Shown piece by piece: positions 1 to 17,800 of a DNA stretch of 48,545 nt; within the stretch, counting starts at the first letter, position 1; the number at the start of each line of letters is the position of its first letter. This stretch comes from Sphaeroforma arctica JP610. Its lineage: Eukaryota. The DNA is taken from positions 3,545 to 52,089 of the forward strand of contig NW_014039895.1 in NCBI RefSeq assembly GCF_001186125.1, given 5' to 3'. The notes beneath the pieces are model-generated. The model saw nothing but the letters and a program-made list of their open reading frames with translations, did not search any database and was not told the DNA's origin. A program made the position numbers and the translations under genes.

Positions 1-47
<47 letters not shown>

Positions 48-256
48 CTGTATGTATTGTTTGTGTGTGTATGTCTGTCAGTGTGTGAGTGTATGTGAAT
101 ATACGTATGTATATGTTTATCGCAAGACGCAATTGTGGTTTAGCTATTTGATGCTTCATATTGGGCTGAGACTTCGTTTGTTGTTTGTCAGCCTTTGGCC
201 ACGTGTGTATTATAGCTAATACTGCAACTCGCGCACATACTCCATCTGCCCCGCAG

Positions 257-4698
<4,442 letters not shown>

Positions 4699-7366
4699 GC
4701 TTTACAAGAATATACGTACATGTACGTTTCTGTTCTTGTCCATACAGTGTTTTGTTTTTATTGAACAGTAGTGATTACAAGTCAGAGAGTATTCAAATAC
4801 GAGAGAGTATGTACCCTGAACTTGCGACGAAGCCCTTTAACATACAGTGAGTAAACGTTCCTTACCGCTCGTGACGAACACGTGTGTTGGAGGAGCCTGC
4901 CCCTGATAGCGCTCTCAACACGCACACCTTCCCTAAAAGTGCAGACACTCAGCGACTGCAAATGTGTATCCGTCTTACCAATGCATCTGTGACTTTCCTT
5001 TGCAGATTGATCGAGGCCGCTTAATTAGCCGGGTATTAATGGTTACAGAAGCAATGCAAGTGTTACGTCTCAAGTCGCCTTGAACGTGGAGTTATAGGCC
5101 TAGAGACATGTGGGGAAATAGACAACATGTGTACAGCGCACGGGAGATATTGTGCTTAGTCCCTGCGGGAGAGGCGTGAGACCAATGCCGGGTACGATGC
5201 TGGGGTGCAACGAGTACTACATGTGGCCAGACGTCTGAGTGACGCAGAGGGTCTGTGTTTTATATAAAATAAGACGAAAGTGTGTGGATTCCGCGTCTTC
5301 GCCGTAGGTAGTGGTGAACTCAGCTACTGCCGTTAGTAAAGTTAAAAGTTATACGCCCCGCCGCCCCATTGACGTTTTATCGGCCGAGTGTCTGGGGTAG
5401 CGCAGGTACAGATGTATGTTATATAGGCGTGGCCCAGGCCATGACATACGCCGCCAAGTCTTGCAGCTACGTGTAGCTCGAAAATGGGGAGGGGTTTCGT
5501 GTCTGCTGCGAGAGCACACCCCACCCGCACACGCGCCCGCATGGCCTACCCAGACGCACAGTACGCAATGCGAAGGGCAATGCTTGTGCGTAGTCACATC
5601 GTGTGTCATCTTTGGGAGAATGAGGAATTGATGGGTTGGTGTCGGCCAAGTGGATGGTTGACTGACGCGCCGTTTATATGGGAGGTACAGCGTGTGGAGA
5701 CGATTTATGATTTTTAGCTGAAACCCTAACGTTCGGAGAGGCTTTTTGTAGTTACCATCACAGATGGGGTCTCGGCAGTCAAAGGAGATTTAGATGCGTA
5801 GATTGATCGGCGACTGAACGAACAATTAGAATCACAATTCAATCCATCAAGATCTGCTGAGCAATGGGCCTGTGATAAACTCTTTTTTAAACGTGTACTC
5901 TAGATTACTCCGTACTCCATAGCGTAACCTTGGTGTAGACTGTGCTATATACATTCATAGCCACAACTATCTGTGCAAATTGTGTTCAAATTTATCGAGA
6001 TCTTACTCCGAATTGTTTGAGTGCTTGTTTTAAACATGATGTATCGGCCCGGGACAATGTTTCGGTTTCATATTTTTGTATTCGGGGAATATCAGTATAA
6101 ATATGCTCGGAATGGACCCCTGATATGTCTAAACAACACAAGGGTAAACAAACAAACAAACAATTCAATATGAGCAGTACCACGCGATGTGGCATTTCTA
6201 CTAGTCAACTGTGGGCTGCATCAGTAACTGCGGTCAACGAGACACTCGTCAACTATGGGACTGTTCCGCTCGACCGAGATGTGGATGGCTATCTGAGTCG
6301 GTGGGAAACCAATGAACCAGTGGTGGTATTCGCAAGCTCGCATGTATTTGAAGCAAACTATAATATCCAGTCCAGTCACACGTAGACCTCGACAGTGGGT
6401 GTTAGCCGGATCGCATGATCTTAACGCAATGAATAATATATTCGGCCTACAACAACCTATACTTAAACGGACTATACTTAAAGTATACCTGGACGCTAGG
6501 TTTAGGGTTTAACCCCTTGATATGCAGCCATAAAAATTGAGAGCTGAAATGCCCCTGCAACTACGACCAGCTTATTAGCCGCCCGACATCCATTCTGAAC
6601 GTGTTTACGACCACGCTTACAGAGTAACTCTAATGATCGAATAGTACAGATACATCGATACAATCAAAGTATGGTGGAACATAAAGGCCACAGACAGACC
6701 TTGGCGTGCGTATCATGAGAATAAGCATCCACGGCGACGCTAGCAGCTGGTCATACCAATGAAAGCACGTGGCGCAACAGGGCAATGGACCTGAAACACG
6801 GTAAGTTACTCAATACGGCAACCAGAGCGATCTACGAGAAAACAAAGTGCCTGCCTTGTCCTCAATGCCACACTTTATAGTAAAGCCAACCACCAATCCA
6901 CGCTATTGACAGGTAGTTGGTGTATGGCTAGTGGTATACTGGAAGTGTGTGGACGTATGTCATATGTAGCTGCACAGTGAAACCTGGCCCTTGCATGCTT
7001 TATGCCACTTATCTGGTGCTGAGGATAAGCATCTTATTCCGGCAATGGCTCGTACGAAAATATACAACATCTCTATATCAATCATCCTCGCAGAAAGCAA
7101 AAATACATCGACCCTGCTTGCGCAAGATAACAATAACTCTACAGACGTGAGATTAGCAGTATGTGGGTCTGAAATCCCGAGGCCTATCACGGCCCCGTTT
7201 CATATTTTGTTTCCCATTCCAAAAAAAATTAAGTGGCGCCTGAGTAAGCGCATTAGCGTCGGTTTATCTACAGACTGAGATCAGCTGTCTGCCTTTGCCA
7301 CTCGGTAGGGGGGGGGGGGGGGGAATCTAAGGGGGGACACATATCCAGCCCCCACCACTCGCAGAG

Positions 7367-10072
7367 CTATCTCCGCGCAGACACCGTCTTGGGCCTGAAC
7401 TTGGGTATGTAGGTCAATTTCTCGTCCTTCGGCATGAACGGATTAGACAGTTCACCCGCATCAGCCGTATTATCGGGCCCTACCCACTGCCTGCCCTTGC
7501 GCGTGCGCCAATCCCCGCCACGGTAAGAGTCTCTGATCATCGCGACGAAATCCAGCTGCGCCTGAGCCACACTCGGGGAAAACATCGCGTCTCTGTGTAC
7601 GATTTCGCTGGCGGGAGGTGCACTGACCTGTACTCGGCTGCCAGCGGGCACCTGCAGGGCTACCCACCCAAGACCCAGCACAACCATATCCTGGGCATCG
7701 GGGGACAGCAGCTGAAAGTTCTGTACTTTCGCATGACTCAGGTCTACTATCACAGAATCGTCCGTTACGTACTCGTAAGTCCCTGTCCCGTCCTTCTGAG
7801 TGTCTACATCACTATGCCTGGATGTGCCTGCTATCGAGATAGCCTCCGCTTGCACAGACACAGGGCTGTACCAGACCATTGTTGGCTCCTCCGTAATCTT
7901 CCTATCAGGCAAGTGTATGTCGATACTCAGAGGCAGGCCTGGTACACGCACTCGCACACTACCTGCAGGCGGACGATGGTGCGGCTCGCCTACCTCACAT
8001 TGCAATTTACCTACCTCTACCCCACTGACCGTATCCGTGCCACACACGTTCGGCGGCACATGCGCGTTATGTTCCGAACTTCGGGGCCACGGAAGGATTT
8101 GCGGTTCCAGCATAGTGGGAAGGATGGGCGGGATGTCCCATTGATAGGTGCGAGGAAACAGACCGGGCGTGTCGAACAGAGCGTGCTTGTGACTGTGGAA
8201 ACACGGGATACGTGTGGTCATAAGCGTGGTACCGGCTAGATGGGAGGTGGTGGAGAGACTCCACTGCACACGCTCTTTGCGATGGGCTTCCTCGCCCACA
8301 AACAGGTTTATATTGAGCATGCGCTGTGCAAAGGCATTGACCAGCGTCGATTTACCGACATTCGCATTCCCCATGACGTACACATTGCGTCCCATGAGGT
8401 TGTCGCGTATGCACTGCACCAGATTGTTTATGCCACTGTCCCGTTTGCCCGAGAGCAGGAAGGTCTCCTCATACGCCACACGCGTGCCTCTCTCCTGCAT
8501 CCGGCTCTGGAAGTACTCTCGCAGGTGCCTGCCCTGTGTCTCGTCACTGATATCAAAGGGCAGCAGATCGCACTTGGTCACCACAAGGATAACCGGGTGT
8601 CGGTCAATGTACGTGCGCAGATTGCGGATCAGCGACCCCTCAAAGTCCGTCGCATCCACCACTAGCAGCACATACGCCCGCAACTCCTTGGCAATGACCG
8701 CTACCTCCTTTTCAAACACAGCCACATGCGCCCTGTCCTGGGGAAGCGCGTGTCTCCGCACATCTGCGACACTCCCGGCCAACTGGTCTCTTTGCCGGGC
8801 CTTTTTCACGGCCTCCCGTGGCCCACCCTTGGCCTGCTTGTCCGCTATAAGGGTCCGACACCGCAGACACAGCCCCATCCGATAAAACCGAGCAACCCGC
8901 GTGCTTTTGATGATCTTTGAGGTCACACCCTCCTCCGGTCTGAAGGCTATAATCCCCCCACACCCGTGGCATATATTCCCGGCTTCTTCAGCCACGCCTG
9001 CGACCATGAACCGCTCGCGCAACTCTATCTCGGGCGAGAAACGCTCACCCCGTTCGTTGTACTTCACTACAGTCAGAGGACGCCCTGATTTCAACGCCTT
9101 TACTCCTCTGGATACAGTGTTTCCGGTATCGGACGAGTGTATGGCGTTGTCGGCGCTTGTCCTATCGAGCCCTGCCGCGTCTTGGTGCATACCTTGCTGC
9201 GCCGCTCGTTCGTACGCAAGGTCCACGTCATGCCTTCTCCGATGGGGTGACCCAGGTACAACTGTACTGTTCCTACCACCCTCCTCACTAGTACCAGGTA
9301 TACTCCTGCTTCTGTTACTATCGACTGCACTCGTGCCGCCATCGAGGGCTTTTCCTCGCCTCTCTGGGTGTATCCGTCTGTGTGCATGCGTTGTGCGTGC
9401 GTCTGTGTTATGTTCAGGCGTCTTGTTCGCCTCCCTCGCCCGTTGTTCTGATACAATATCGCGCATTCGAGAGTTTTTCCTTGACTCGCCAATAACAACC
9501 CGATTTGCATCCACAAAATCTTCATTTGCACCAATTCCATCCCGATTTCTGGTCGCACGAGCGTCCCTGTTCGTCACATCAAAATCACCCCGTACCTTGC
9601 GTATGCGCATGTCTTTCTCTCGCTTTTCTCTCATATAAGCAGCCTCCCTATCACGCGCAGCTGCTATAACCCCCTCCCGTCCTCTAAGCGTTAGCCTCGC
9701 ACGCGTCTCCATCTCCTTCTCTTTGAACTCACGTCGTTTCTTGTCGATGTCGAAATTCGGGTCGAAATCGTTCCCAAACAATGACCCGAAATTGTGACTG
9801 CGACAGACGACACGCTGAACTATGTGCATACACTGCGGTGCCGTTCTTGTGCAGGCGAGTGTGTGTGTATGTGCTGAGAGATACGGAAGTGCACTCGCAT
9901 GGGATAGACCTGCACGACGAGACACGAGAGATCGGTTGTGCGATCTCAGCAAGGACTTCGGCGCCTTTGTGCCGCAATGACGGTTCATAGTGTGTGTGGG
10001 TTGTTTTAAACCCCAACTTCCCGTTACCATCGAGACCCGACAAGGACGCGCAAGGCACATACGCACCGACAT
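7367..10072 (-). CDS. NOA1: NOA1/YqeH-family circularly permuted GTPase (probably mitochondrial ribosome assembly), intronless, 901 aa
   Basis: Zn motif CHGCG...CLRC, then VVDATDF and permuted G motifs in order G4 (TKCDL), G5 (LSG), G1 (GNANVGKST), G2 (GTT), G3 (DTPG). The Arg/Ser-rich N-terminus with few acidic residues resembles a mitochondrial presequence (inference). ATG at 10072-10070. The family is clear; exact orthology is less certain. Confidence 0.82.
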   Translation of the reverse strand: MSVRMCLARPCRVSMVTGSWGLKQPTHTMNRHCGTKAPKSLLRSHNRSLVSRRAGLSHASALPYLSAHTHTLACTRTAPQCMHIVQRVVCRSHNFGSLFGNDFDPNFDIDKKRREFKEKEMETRARLTLRGREGVIAAARDREAAYMREKREKDMRIRKVRGDFDVTNRDARATRNRDGIGANEDFVDANRVVIGESRKNSRMRDIVSEQRAREANKTPEHNTDARTTHAHRRIHPERRGKALDGGTSAVDSNRSRSIPGTSEEGGRNSTVVPGSPHRRRHDVDLAYERAAQQGMHQDAAGLDRTSADNAIHSSDTGNTVSRGVKALKSGRPLTVVKYNERGERFSPEIELRERFMVAGVAEEAGNICHGCGGIIAFRPEEGVTSKIIKSTRVARFYRMGLCLRCRTLIADKQAKGGPREAVKKARQRDQLAGSVADVRRHALPQDRAHVAVFEKEVAVIAKELRAYVLLVVDATDFEGSLIRNLRTYIDRHPVILVVTKCDLLPFDISDETQGRHLREYFQSRMQERGTRVAYEETFLLSGKRDSGINNLVQCIRDNLMGRNVYVMGNANVGKSTLVNAFAQRMLNINLFVGEEAHRKERVQWSLSTTSHLAGTTLMTTRIPCFHSHKHALFDTPGLFPRTYQWDIPPILPTMLEPQILPWPRSSEHNAHVPPNVCGTDTVSGVEVGKLQCEVGEPHHRPPAGSVRVRVPGLPLSIDIHLPDRKITEEPTMVWYSPVSVQAEAISIAGTSRHSDVDTQKDGTGTYEYVTDDSVIVDLSHAKVQNFQLLSPDAQDMVVLGLGWVALQVPAGSRVQVSAPPASEIVHRDAMFSPSVAQAQLDFVAMIRDSYRGGDWRTRKGRQWVGPDNTADAGELSNPFMPKDEKLTYIPKFRPKTVSARR

Positions 10073-10934
10073 CTTGGCAGTGTAAAGTGGGCAGACGGAT
10101 GCAGTTGATGGGCGTGGGTTTTACGACAACACACAAACAGATCGATCTATCTATAATCTAATTCGTACTTGATCTCTGGGCAGAGATGTTAGTATTTGGC
10201 CTGGTACATAAGCCCTTAATTACTGGTGCAGTATATTCTGTACTGCTGTGTTGACGTGAAACTTGATCACAGTTTAACTGGATGGCTATTCCTTTCTGTG
10301 AAGTAAGTGCGTGAGAGGTCAGACTGTCACACTTTACATTCCCATCAAACTACGAGATGGAAAGTAGCACTGGAGTGCAGATAGCTGATTTACAGCAAAG
10401 CATAAAGCATGGCATACTAAGGTATATATCGTCAATGGACTTCTCGACAGAGGAGAGAGGCTATGGACACCCCAATTCTAAGACATGCAGCATAGCAATA
10501 GGCTTCACATGATGCATATTGTGGCAAGCGGCCACATGAGATATTCGATACAGAGCAGTTCACTTTGCCGACGAAATTTTAACTTTCAGCCTCCAGGTTC
10601 CTTCCAAGTTCCTTCACGTTCATTTTTTTTAACGAACATATAAATAAATAGAGTATTCTCAACAGCATAGTCTGTACTGTCATACGCGTAAACAGCTAGC
10701 TATCACTGTGTGTCTGGTCTGTTGCACTGTTACACCTACGACGTATACTCATATGATAGTATCTTGTATATAGAGCGAACGCACATAGTGCGTGCTCACC
10801 ATTTAGCATTGGGCATTAGAATTTATATATATAAATATATTGAATTTAGAAACTCGGCTATTTAAGACTTGGACTATAATAAAGGTTCAATACATACCAT
10901 ACTGCCATATAGAATAAAGTAAGAGAAGTAAAGT
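10073..10934. promoter_or_regulatory. Probable shared promoter region between the divergent NOA1-like and CDC40 genes
   Basis: 862 bp between head-to-head start codons, with AT-rich TATA-like tracts near 10640 and 10825. Positional inference only. Confidence 0.4.
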
Positions 10935-11791
10935 ATGAATGCGCTGGCCGACTATGCTGGCAGCTCGTCAGAAAGCGATGGGGAAGGTAGAGCCACCAAA
11001 CCGACTAAGACAGAGGAGAGGTCACCTCCGTCAACCCACGTGCCCACCAATCTGAGTGCATTAAAGAAGAAGATGCAGCTCAATGTAGCACCCTTAGTGC
11101 ATGCTAAAACAAATGGCCGGTCCATAGTTCCAGTTGATCCGCATGCCAAGAATTTAGGATACAATCCCAGAATCGATGAAATGTACGGGCCTATTGAAGG
11201 GCCTACAAATCCCAACAAGACCTCACAGGAGGCAGCAGAAAGGAATATAATCAGTGGGTATGTGGAAGATACCGGTATAAGTGACTTCGCATTCGAGGAA
11301 CAACGTAGAACGTTCCATGCGTATGGGTATGCATCGAATCCCTCGGCTGGTGCGAATGTGGTGGGCGATAGGAAACGCGCGGAGAAGCAACAGAATGCAA
11401 CGGCGTTTGAAGGTAGGTGAACATGTTTTGACACTCCTCTCGCATCCATAGATGTCACCGTGTGTGTACCTAGACTTGAATTGTAATATTCGTGTGATTA
11501 GTAGGTCAAGAAATGTTTAAGTACGGCTTCAAACACTCCACACAGCCATAAACGTGTCAGTCATTCCATTACGTTCTATTGTGATGGAGCCGTGTGTTGA
11601 AGAAATCGTGATCTCTTTTGCGCGACATTGCTATGAGAGACATATTTCAGTCATAATTTTATGCATATATGTGTATACACACATAAAGACATGAAATTGT
11701 ATGTATATATATATATATATATTCGTATATATATATATATATATATATTATTTATTTATTTATTTCTTATTTACTTATCTACTTAATATAT

Positions 11792-11849
<58 letters not shown>

Positions 11850-14800
11850 ATATATATATATATATATATATATTATTATATTATTACTTGTAGTATATAG
11901 TTTACTTTATATATATATAATTATATTTATATGGATAGGGATATGGATATGGACATTTATATGGATATGGAATAGATTTCGATATGGATTTGTAAATCTA
12001 TATCAATTGAATACGCCACTGATTTTTTGACACCCCATTTCAGTCTGCAAATTGTATGTGATCCATACCCACATTCGAGTGCCATTGTTGTATTCGGTCG
12101 CAATGACACACACACGTTGCTATGTGTGTCTATGTGCATGACTGTTTGTAACGTGTAGACTTCACCAGTACATGACCAGTGTGTATTTGTTCTGGGGTAT
12201 TCGTGCGCGTGCTGAGGTGTGTTTATGTTCTGTGTCCAGCGGATACTGCATGTACACATCTCTCCTCGATATCGACGTACCCCGTGCGTGTATGTATGTT
12301 GTTCGATGTCATCCACATATTAATATTTATGTGCTCGTGTGTGTATGCATGTCGTTCGATGTTTATTTTTATGTGCATGCCATCCACATATTATTGTTTA
12401 CATACTCGTGTGTGTATGTATGTTGTTCGCATGTTTATTCATTACATGCATGCCATCAATATATTGATATCTACGTACCCCGTGTGTGTATGTATATTGT
12501 TCGTATGTTTATTCATTACATACATGCCAACCGCATATTGATATCTACGTACCTGTGTGTGTATGTATGGTGTTCGCATGTTTATTACGTATGTATTTGT
12601 GTATGTTGTTCGTGTTTATTCATTATTTGTATTCCATCCACGTATTAATATTTACGTACCCCTGTGTATTTATTTATATTGTTCGTATGTTTATTCATTA
12701 TCTGCATGTCATCCACATACTGATATTTACGTACCTGTGTGTATTTATGTTTGTTGTTCGTACGTTTAGTTCATTACATGCATACCATCCGCATAATAAG
12801 CCAAAGCACATATCTCCTCCTTTGTCCTAGGAGTTAGAAATTCTGGTCCAAAGCGGAAACGAGAGCACAGAGGCGATGCAGCGGACCTGGACAACTACCA
12901 AGGCCCTTGGGCTAAGTGGAAGGATGAGAAGACCACCGCCAAGCCCACAGACGAGCAGATGGAGATTCTAAAGTCGTACAAGGTACACACGGCCCACAAC
13001 ACGCAGATGCAGATGCAGATGCAGATATAGATACACATACACATATACATGCAGATACAGATACACATACAGATGCAGATGTAGATGTAGATGCACATAC
13101 ACACATACATACATACAGATACACATACAGATGCAGATGTAGATATAGATGCACATATACATGCAGATACACATACACATACAGATGCAGATGTAGATGC
13201 ACATACACACATACATACATATACATACATACAGATACACATACAGATGCAGATGCAGATGAGATCAGTATATGTATCGCTGAGTGGTCTATGTGTACTG
13301 ATGTCTTATGGTGGCTCGGCTGGGTTGCGTATTTGTACGTGGTTCCTGCATGCGGGGCACATGGGCGGTGGTGGAGAGTGTGCGATGGGCTTGTCATGGT
13401 GGGTCAACCCGTGGCTGCGTTCAACTTGTCGGTATCAGACCTCCGAGTAGGGTCAACTCCTCTTGTGTGCTTGTGTGTGGTGGTAAAAGGGTCTGAAGGA
13501 TGAGTGATTTAAACCAAAGCAGCCAGTGTCTTGGGGTTTGGAATGGATGTGTTCCCAGGGACTACGAGACACTTAACGCGTCCGCTGTATATATTTGGGC
13601 GGTAACAGGTGAAGAACATTGCGGAAAGCGGTGGAAAGGCCAAGAAGGATGAGGAAGTATCTGTTCTCAACATTGACGACGCTCAAGGTATGTGGTCTTG
13701 TTTGCATGGGTAATTGGGCTCACTCGCATCTGTCCTAGTATTGTTATGGCTCGAACCTGACTGTGTAAAATGTATCGAATCGTGGTCGTCATTGGCAACC
13801 CATTTTTTTGGTGCGGAAACGGCTCGATTGAATGGAGGAGGATCGTTTGGTGACCATTGCATAGTGTGTGCATGCAGAATGAGTTTGAATGGGAGAGGAT
13901 CGTTTTGGTGGCCATTGCGTAGTGTGTGCATGCAGAATGAGTTGCCACCGTGTGCATCGTTGGGATGGTTATATCCCTCCCTACCTTGTGTGTGTCCTAT
14001 CCAACATGTCTGCACTGTTTCAGGGTCATTTAGGGCAAGAGTGCCCACTGCACTTTAAATACCTATACATCTAGCCGTACCGTTCTATTTGTATAAATAT
14101 GTGTATGTTAGTATATATATATATATATATAATGATGATTGCAACATCAAGTATATCTGTGTGTCTAGATCCGAGACTTAGAAATCGCTAACTATTTATG
14201 GTAGAACCGTTATTTTAGTCAAGGATACCTTTTTGCTCAGACTGTCCCCTGAAATGCATCAAGCTCAATCATACATGTGTACTCAATAGCCGCGCACGAT
14301 ATATATCTTTCAACCCATGCAAGATTATTGCTCACCTTGATACGAATACATGCAAGGCAGTAGGGAATTATTCAATCATTTCATCTAAGTGACATAAACA
14401 AGTAGAAGATAATCTGCCTAGGTATTCGATGTACACATGGCTAGGCTGTGAGTAGTCCTCCTCGCGGTGCGCATGGGTCACATTTCTACCACCGCCGCCA
14501 CCACCACAATATCTATCAATTCGAGTGTATCTCATATATCCCAACTTAACGTGTATCTCATATATCCCAACTTAACGTGTATCTCATATATCCCAACTTA
14601 ACGCGTATCTCATATCTCCTTACTTAACGTGAATCTCATATCCTAACTTATCGTGTATCTCATATATCCCAACTTAGCGTGTATCTCATATATCCCAACT
14701 TAACGTGTATCTCATATGTCCCAACTTAACGTGTATCTCATATATCCCCTTAATGTGTATCTCATATATCCCAACTTAACGTGTATCTCATACCTACTAA

Positions 14801-17800
14801 CAACGTTCATCTCATATATCCCAACTTAACGTGTATCTCATATGTCCCAACTTAACGTGTATCTCATATATCCCAACTTAATGTGTATCTTATATTTCCC
14901 AACTTAACGTGTATCTCATATATCCCAACTTAACGTGTATCTCATGTATCCCAACTTAACGTGTATCTCATATATCCCAACTTAACGTGTATCTCATATA
15001 TCCCAACTTAACGTGTATCTCATATACCAATTTAACGTGTATCTCATATATCCCAACTTATCGTGTATCTCATATCTACTAACAACATTCATCTCATATA
15101 TCCCAACTTAGCGTGTATCTCATATATCCCAACTTATCGTGTATCTCATATATCCCAACTTAAGTATCTCATATATCCCAACTTAACGTGTGTTTCATAT
15201 ATCCCAACTTAACGTGTATCTCATATATCCCAACTTAACGTGTGTCCCATATATCCCAACTTAACGTGTATCTCATATATCCCAACTTTACGTGTATCTC
15301 ATTTATCCCAACTCAACGTGTATCTCATATATCTCAACTTAATGTGTATCTCATATATCCCAATTTAACGTGTATCTCACATCTCCCAACTTAACGTGTA
15401 TCTCGTATATCCCAACTTAACGTGTATCTCATATATCCCAACTTAACGTGTATCCCATATATCCCAACTTAACGTGTATCTCATATATCCCAACTTATCG
15501 TGTATCTCATATATCCCAACTTATCGTGTATCTCATATATCCCAACTGAGCATTTCCTCACTACCTTCTGCAGACTACCAAGGACGCACCTTCATGGACA
15601 TACCCCGCACCGTACCCTCGGGCGTCAAGCTCGACTCGGATGACGGTCCCGAGAAGTGCTATGTACCTACTAAGAACCTGGCTACATGGCAGGCTCACGA
15701 CAAGGGGGTCAGCGCCATCCGTCTGTTTCCCAGGTCTGGCCATCTCATCCTTACGGCTGGTATGGACTGCAGGGTCAAGCTGTGGGAGTACTACGGGAAA
15801 CGGCGGTTGATCCGCACCTATGTGGGCCATACGATGGCCGTCAGGGATATCGACTTCAACAATGACGGGACCAGGTTCCTGACGGCGAGCTACGACCGTA
15901 TGGTGAAGATGTGGGATACGTTCACGGGTATGTATATGTAAGGCGGTTGTGTACTGTGGGGTGTGGGTTGGGGATTGTATTGCTTTTGTGTATCGCGGGA
16001 TACTGTGACCATCGATAGGGATCGCAAATGATCCTTACTTTTTATGAAGTCAGCTGCAGATCGATCGATCTGTAGTCGAAGTGGTTTGTCAGTAGGTTAA
16101 CGAGTGGTAAGGTATGCACTACGCCAAGGTATGCTGTGCGCGCCTTGGGTGTAGTCTGTTGATACGCTACCACAGGTTGGGTCCTTATAAGTCACACCCC
16201 GATAGAATTGCGCCCCTATACACGAAGCCTGTTGTCTCGCTGTAAGTGGCATGTGCACCCTTTCATTAGTTGGCACGTGCAGCTTGCAGGTACTCCCGGC
16301 TATGTTTGGGAGCGCCTTGGTGCTATGCCTAGACATCAACATTGGTGTGAGGCAGAACGTTTGTTCTATTTAATCTTGAATGGCAATGTTCATATACCCG
16401 ATTTATTAAACGTATCCTTTCAATCCAATTACCGTGTACGTATGTGTAGGAGAGTGCCTAGGTCGATACACCAACGGAAAGATACCCTACTGTGTCAAGT
16501 TTAATCCCGATCCCGCGAAGCAACACATGATTGTCGCCGGTACGTCCGACAAGAAAATCGTACAGTGGGACACCACCACCGGTGAGGTCGTGCAGGAATA
16601 CGACAGACACTTGGGAGCCGTGAACACCATCACCTTCATTGATGGAGGCAACAGGTACGTGTATATCTGTACACAGATATATATATATATATATATATAT
16701 GTCTAATTCATAGCACTATGCAGGCTTCACATAGCATCATGGAGGTAACAGGCACGTATATATAGGTATATTTTATTGCTAGATCCTGGTGAACAAAACA
16801 GAGAAAACTAAGTATCATATGCGCGGTTAAGGTCTATGCATGTGCCCGTGACTATCGCTGCAACGTCAATTGCGTATTGTGTGAATTGCTGTATGCCGGC
16901 AATATCTGACAAGTCTTGTGACCAAGTATGTATATTGTGTCATACAGAAGTCTCATCTGATTTGGTGTGTGAGATTCACTGGCAATGCCAAGGTACGAAC
17001 AGTCCCGCGCGGGTAGGTCATATACACACAAGAGTTCATCAATAATGTATACACACAGGAACCCATCATAGATGCACTTGCATTGACCACGAAGAATAAG
17101 ACTTTTTTTTGTGAATACTGCCAATATATCCTTTGCATACAGATTGCTCCCTTTCAGGTGAGATTTTTTCTCATGTAATAGGCTCTTTCGATTCTTGTCT
17201 GTGAGATCGGTTCTATCATAATATCTTCTGATACACTACACTTCACTCCTCGCCGTCACGAGCAGATCTGTACTTATCATGACAACCCCATCAAGCAAGT
17301 GACCTGTGCAGCTTAAATCATCATTACCACACACATACCTCGCCTTATGAACAGAATGGTCTCCACCTCCGACGACAAGTCCATCAAACTGTGGGAGTGG
17401 GAGATCCCGGTGGACTACAAACACATCGCCGAGCCTGGCATGCACTCCGTACCCGCCGTTGCCATGCACCCCAAGGGTCGCTGGATGGCCTTCCAATCTC
17501 TGGACAACACCATACTTATCTACGGAGTGGGTGAGCGGTTCAGGATCAATAGCAAGAAGCAGTTCAAGGGTCACCTGATTGCCGGGTATGCGGTCCAGCC
17601 CGGGTTCTCGTCCGACGGGCGCTACGTCATCTCGGGTGATTCGGAGGGCAAACTCATCATCTGGGACTGGAAGTCTACCAAGATCTACAAGTACGCTTGG
17701 GTTACTATCCTGTAGTGTTATATTTTCTTTCGTTGTGCTCGGTACTTGTTGTACCATGGGCCGTCCATAGGTCGTCTTTGTCCTGTTCTTATCCTTTTGT

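Noticed and set aside
6497..6516. TAGGTTTAGGGTTTAACCCC as an interstitial telomere
   Set aside because: Only about one and a half units, consistent with chance.
5342..7278. Short ORFs between MSH2 and the GTPase (e.g. 6125-6385, 6991-7278)
   Set aside because: No recognisable motif or convincing splice structure. A small unrecognised gene cannot be excluded.
7470..10136. Overlapping ORFs within the GTPase gene (e.g. 8214-8885, 8901-9638); likewise within the cyclase gene and antisense to CDC40 exons (10952-11458, 17236-17910)
   Set aside because: Antisense or alternate-frame shadows of real coding sequence, with no independent motifs.
14525..15547. 26-bp repeat array as a CRISPR array
   Set aside because: Units are head-to-tail with no unique spacers, there are no cas genes, and it lies inside a spliceosomal intron.
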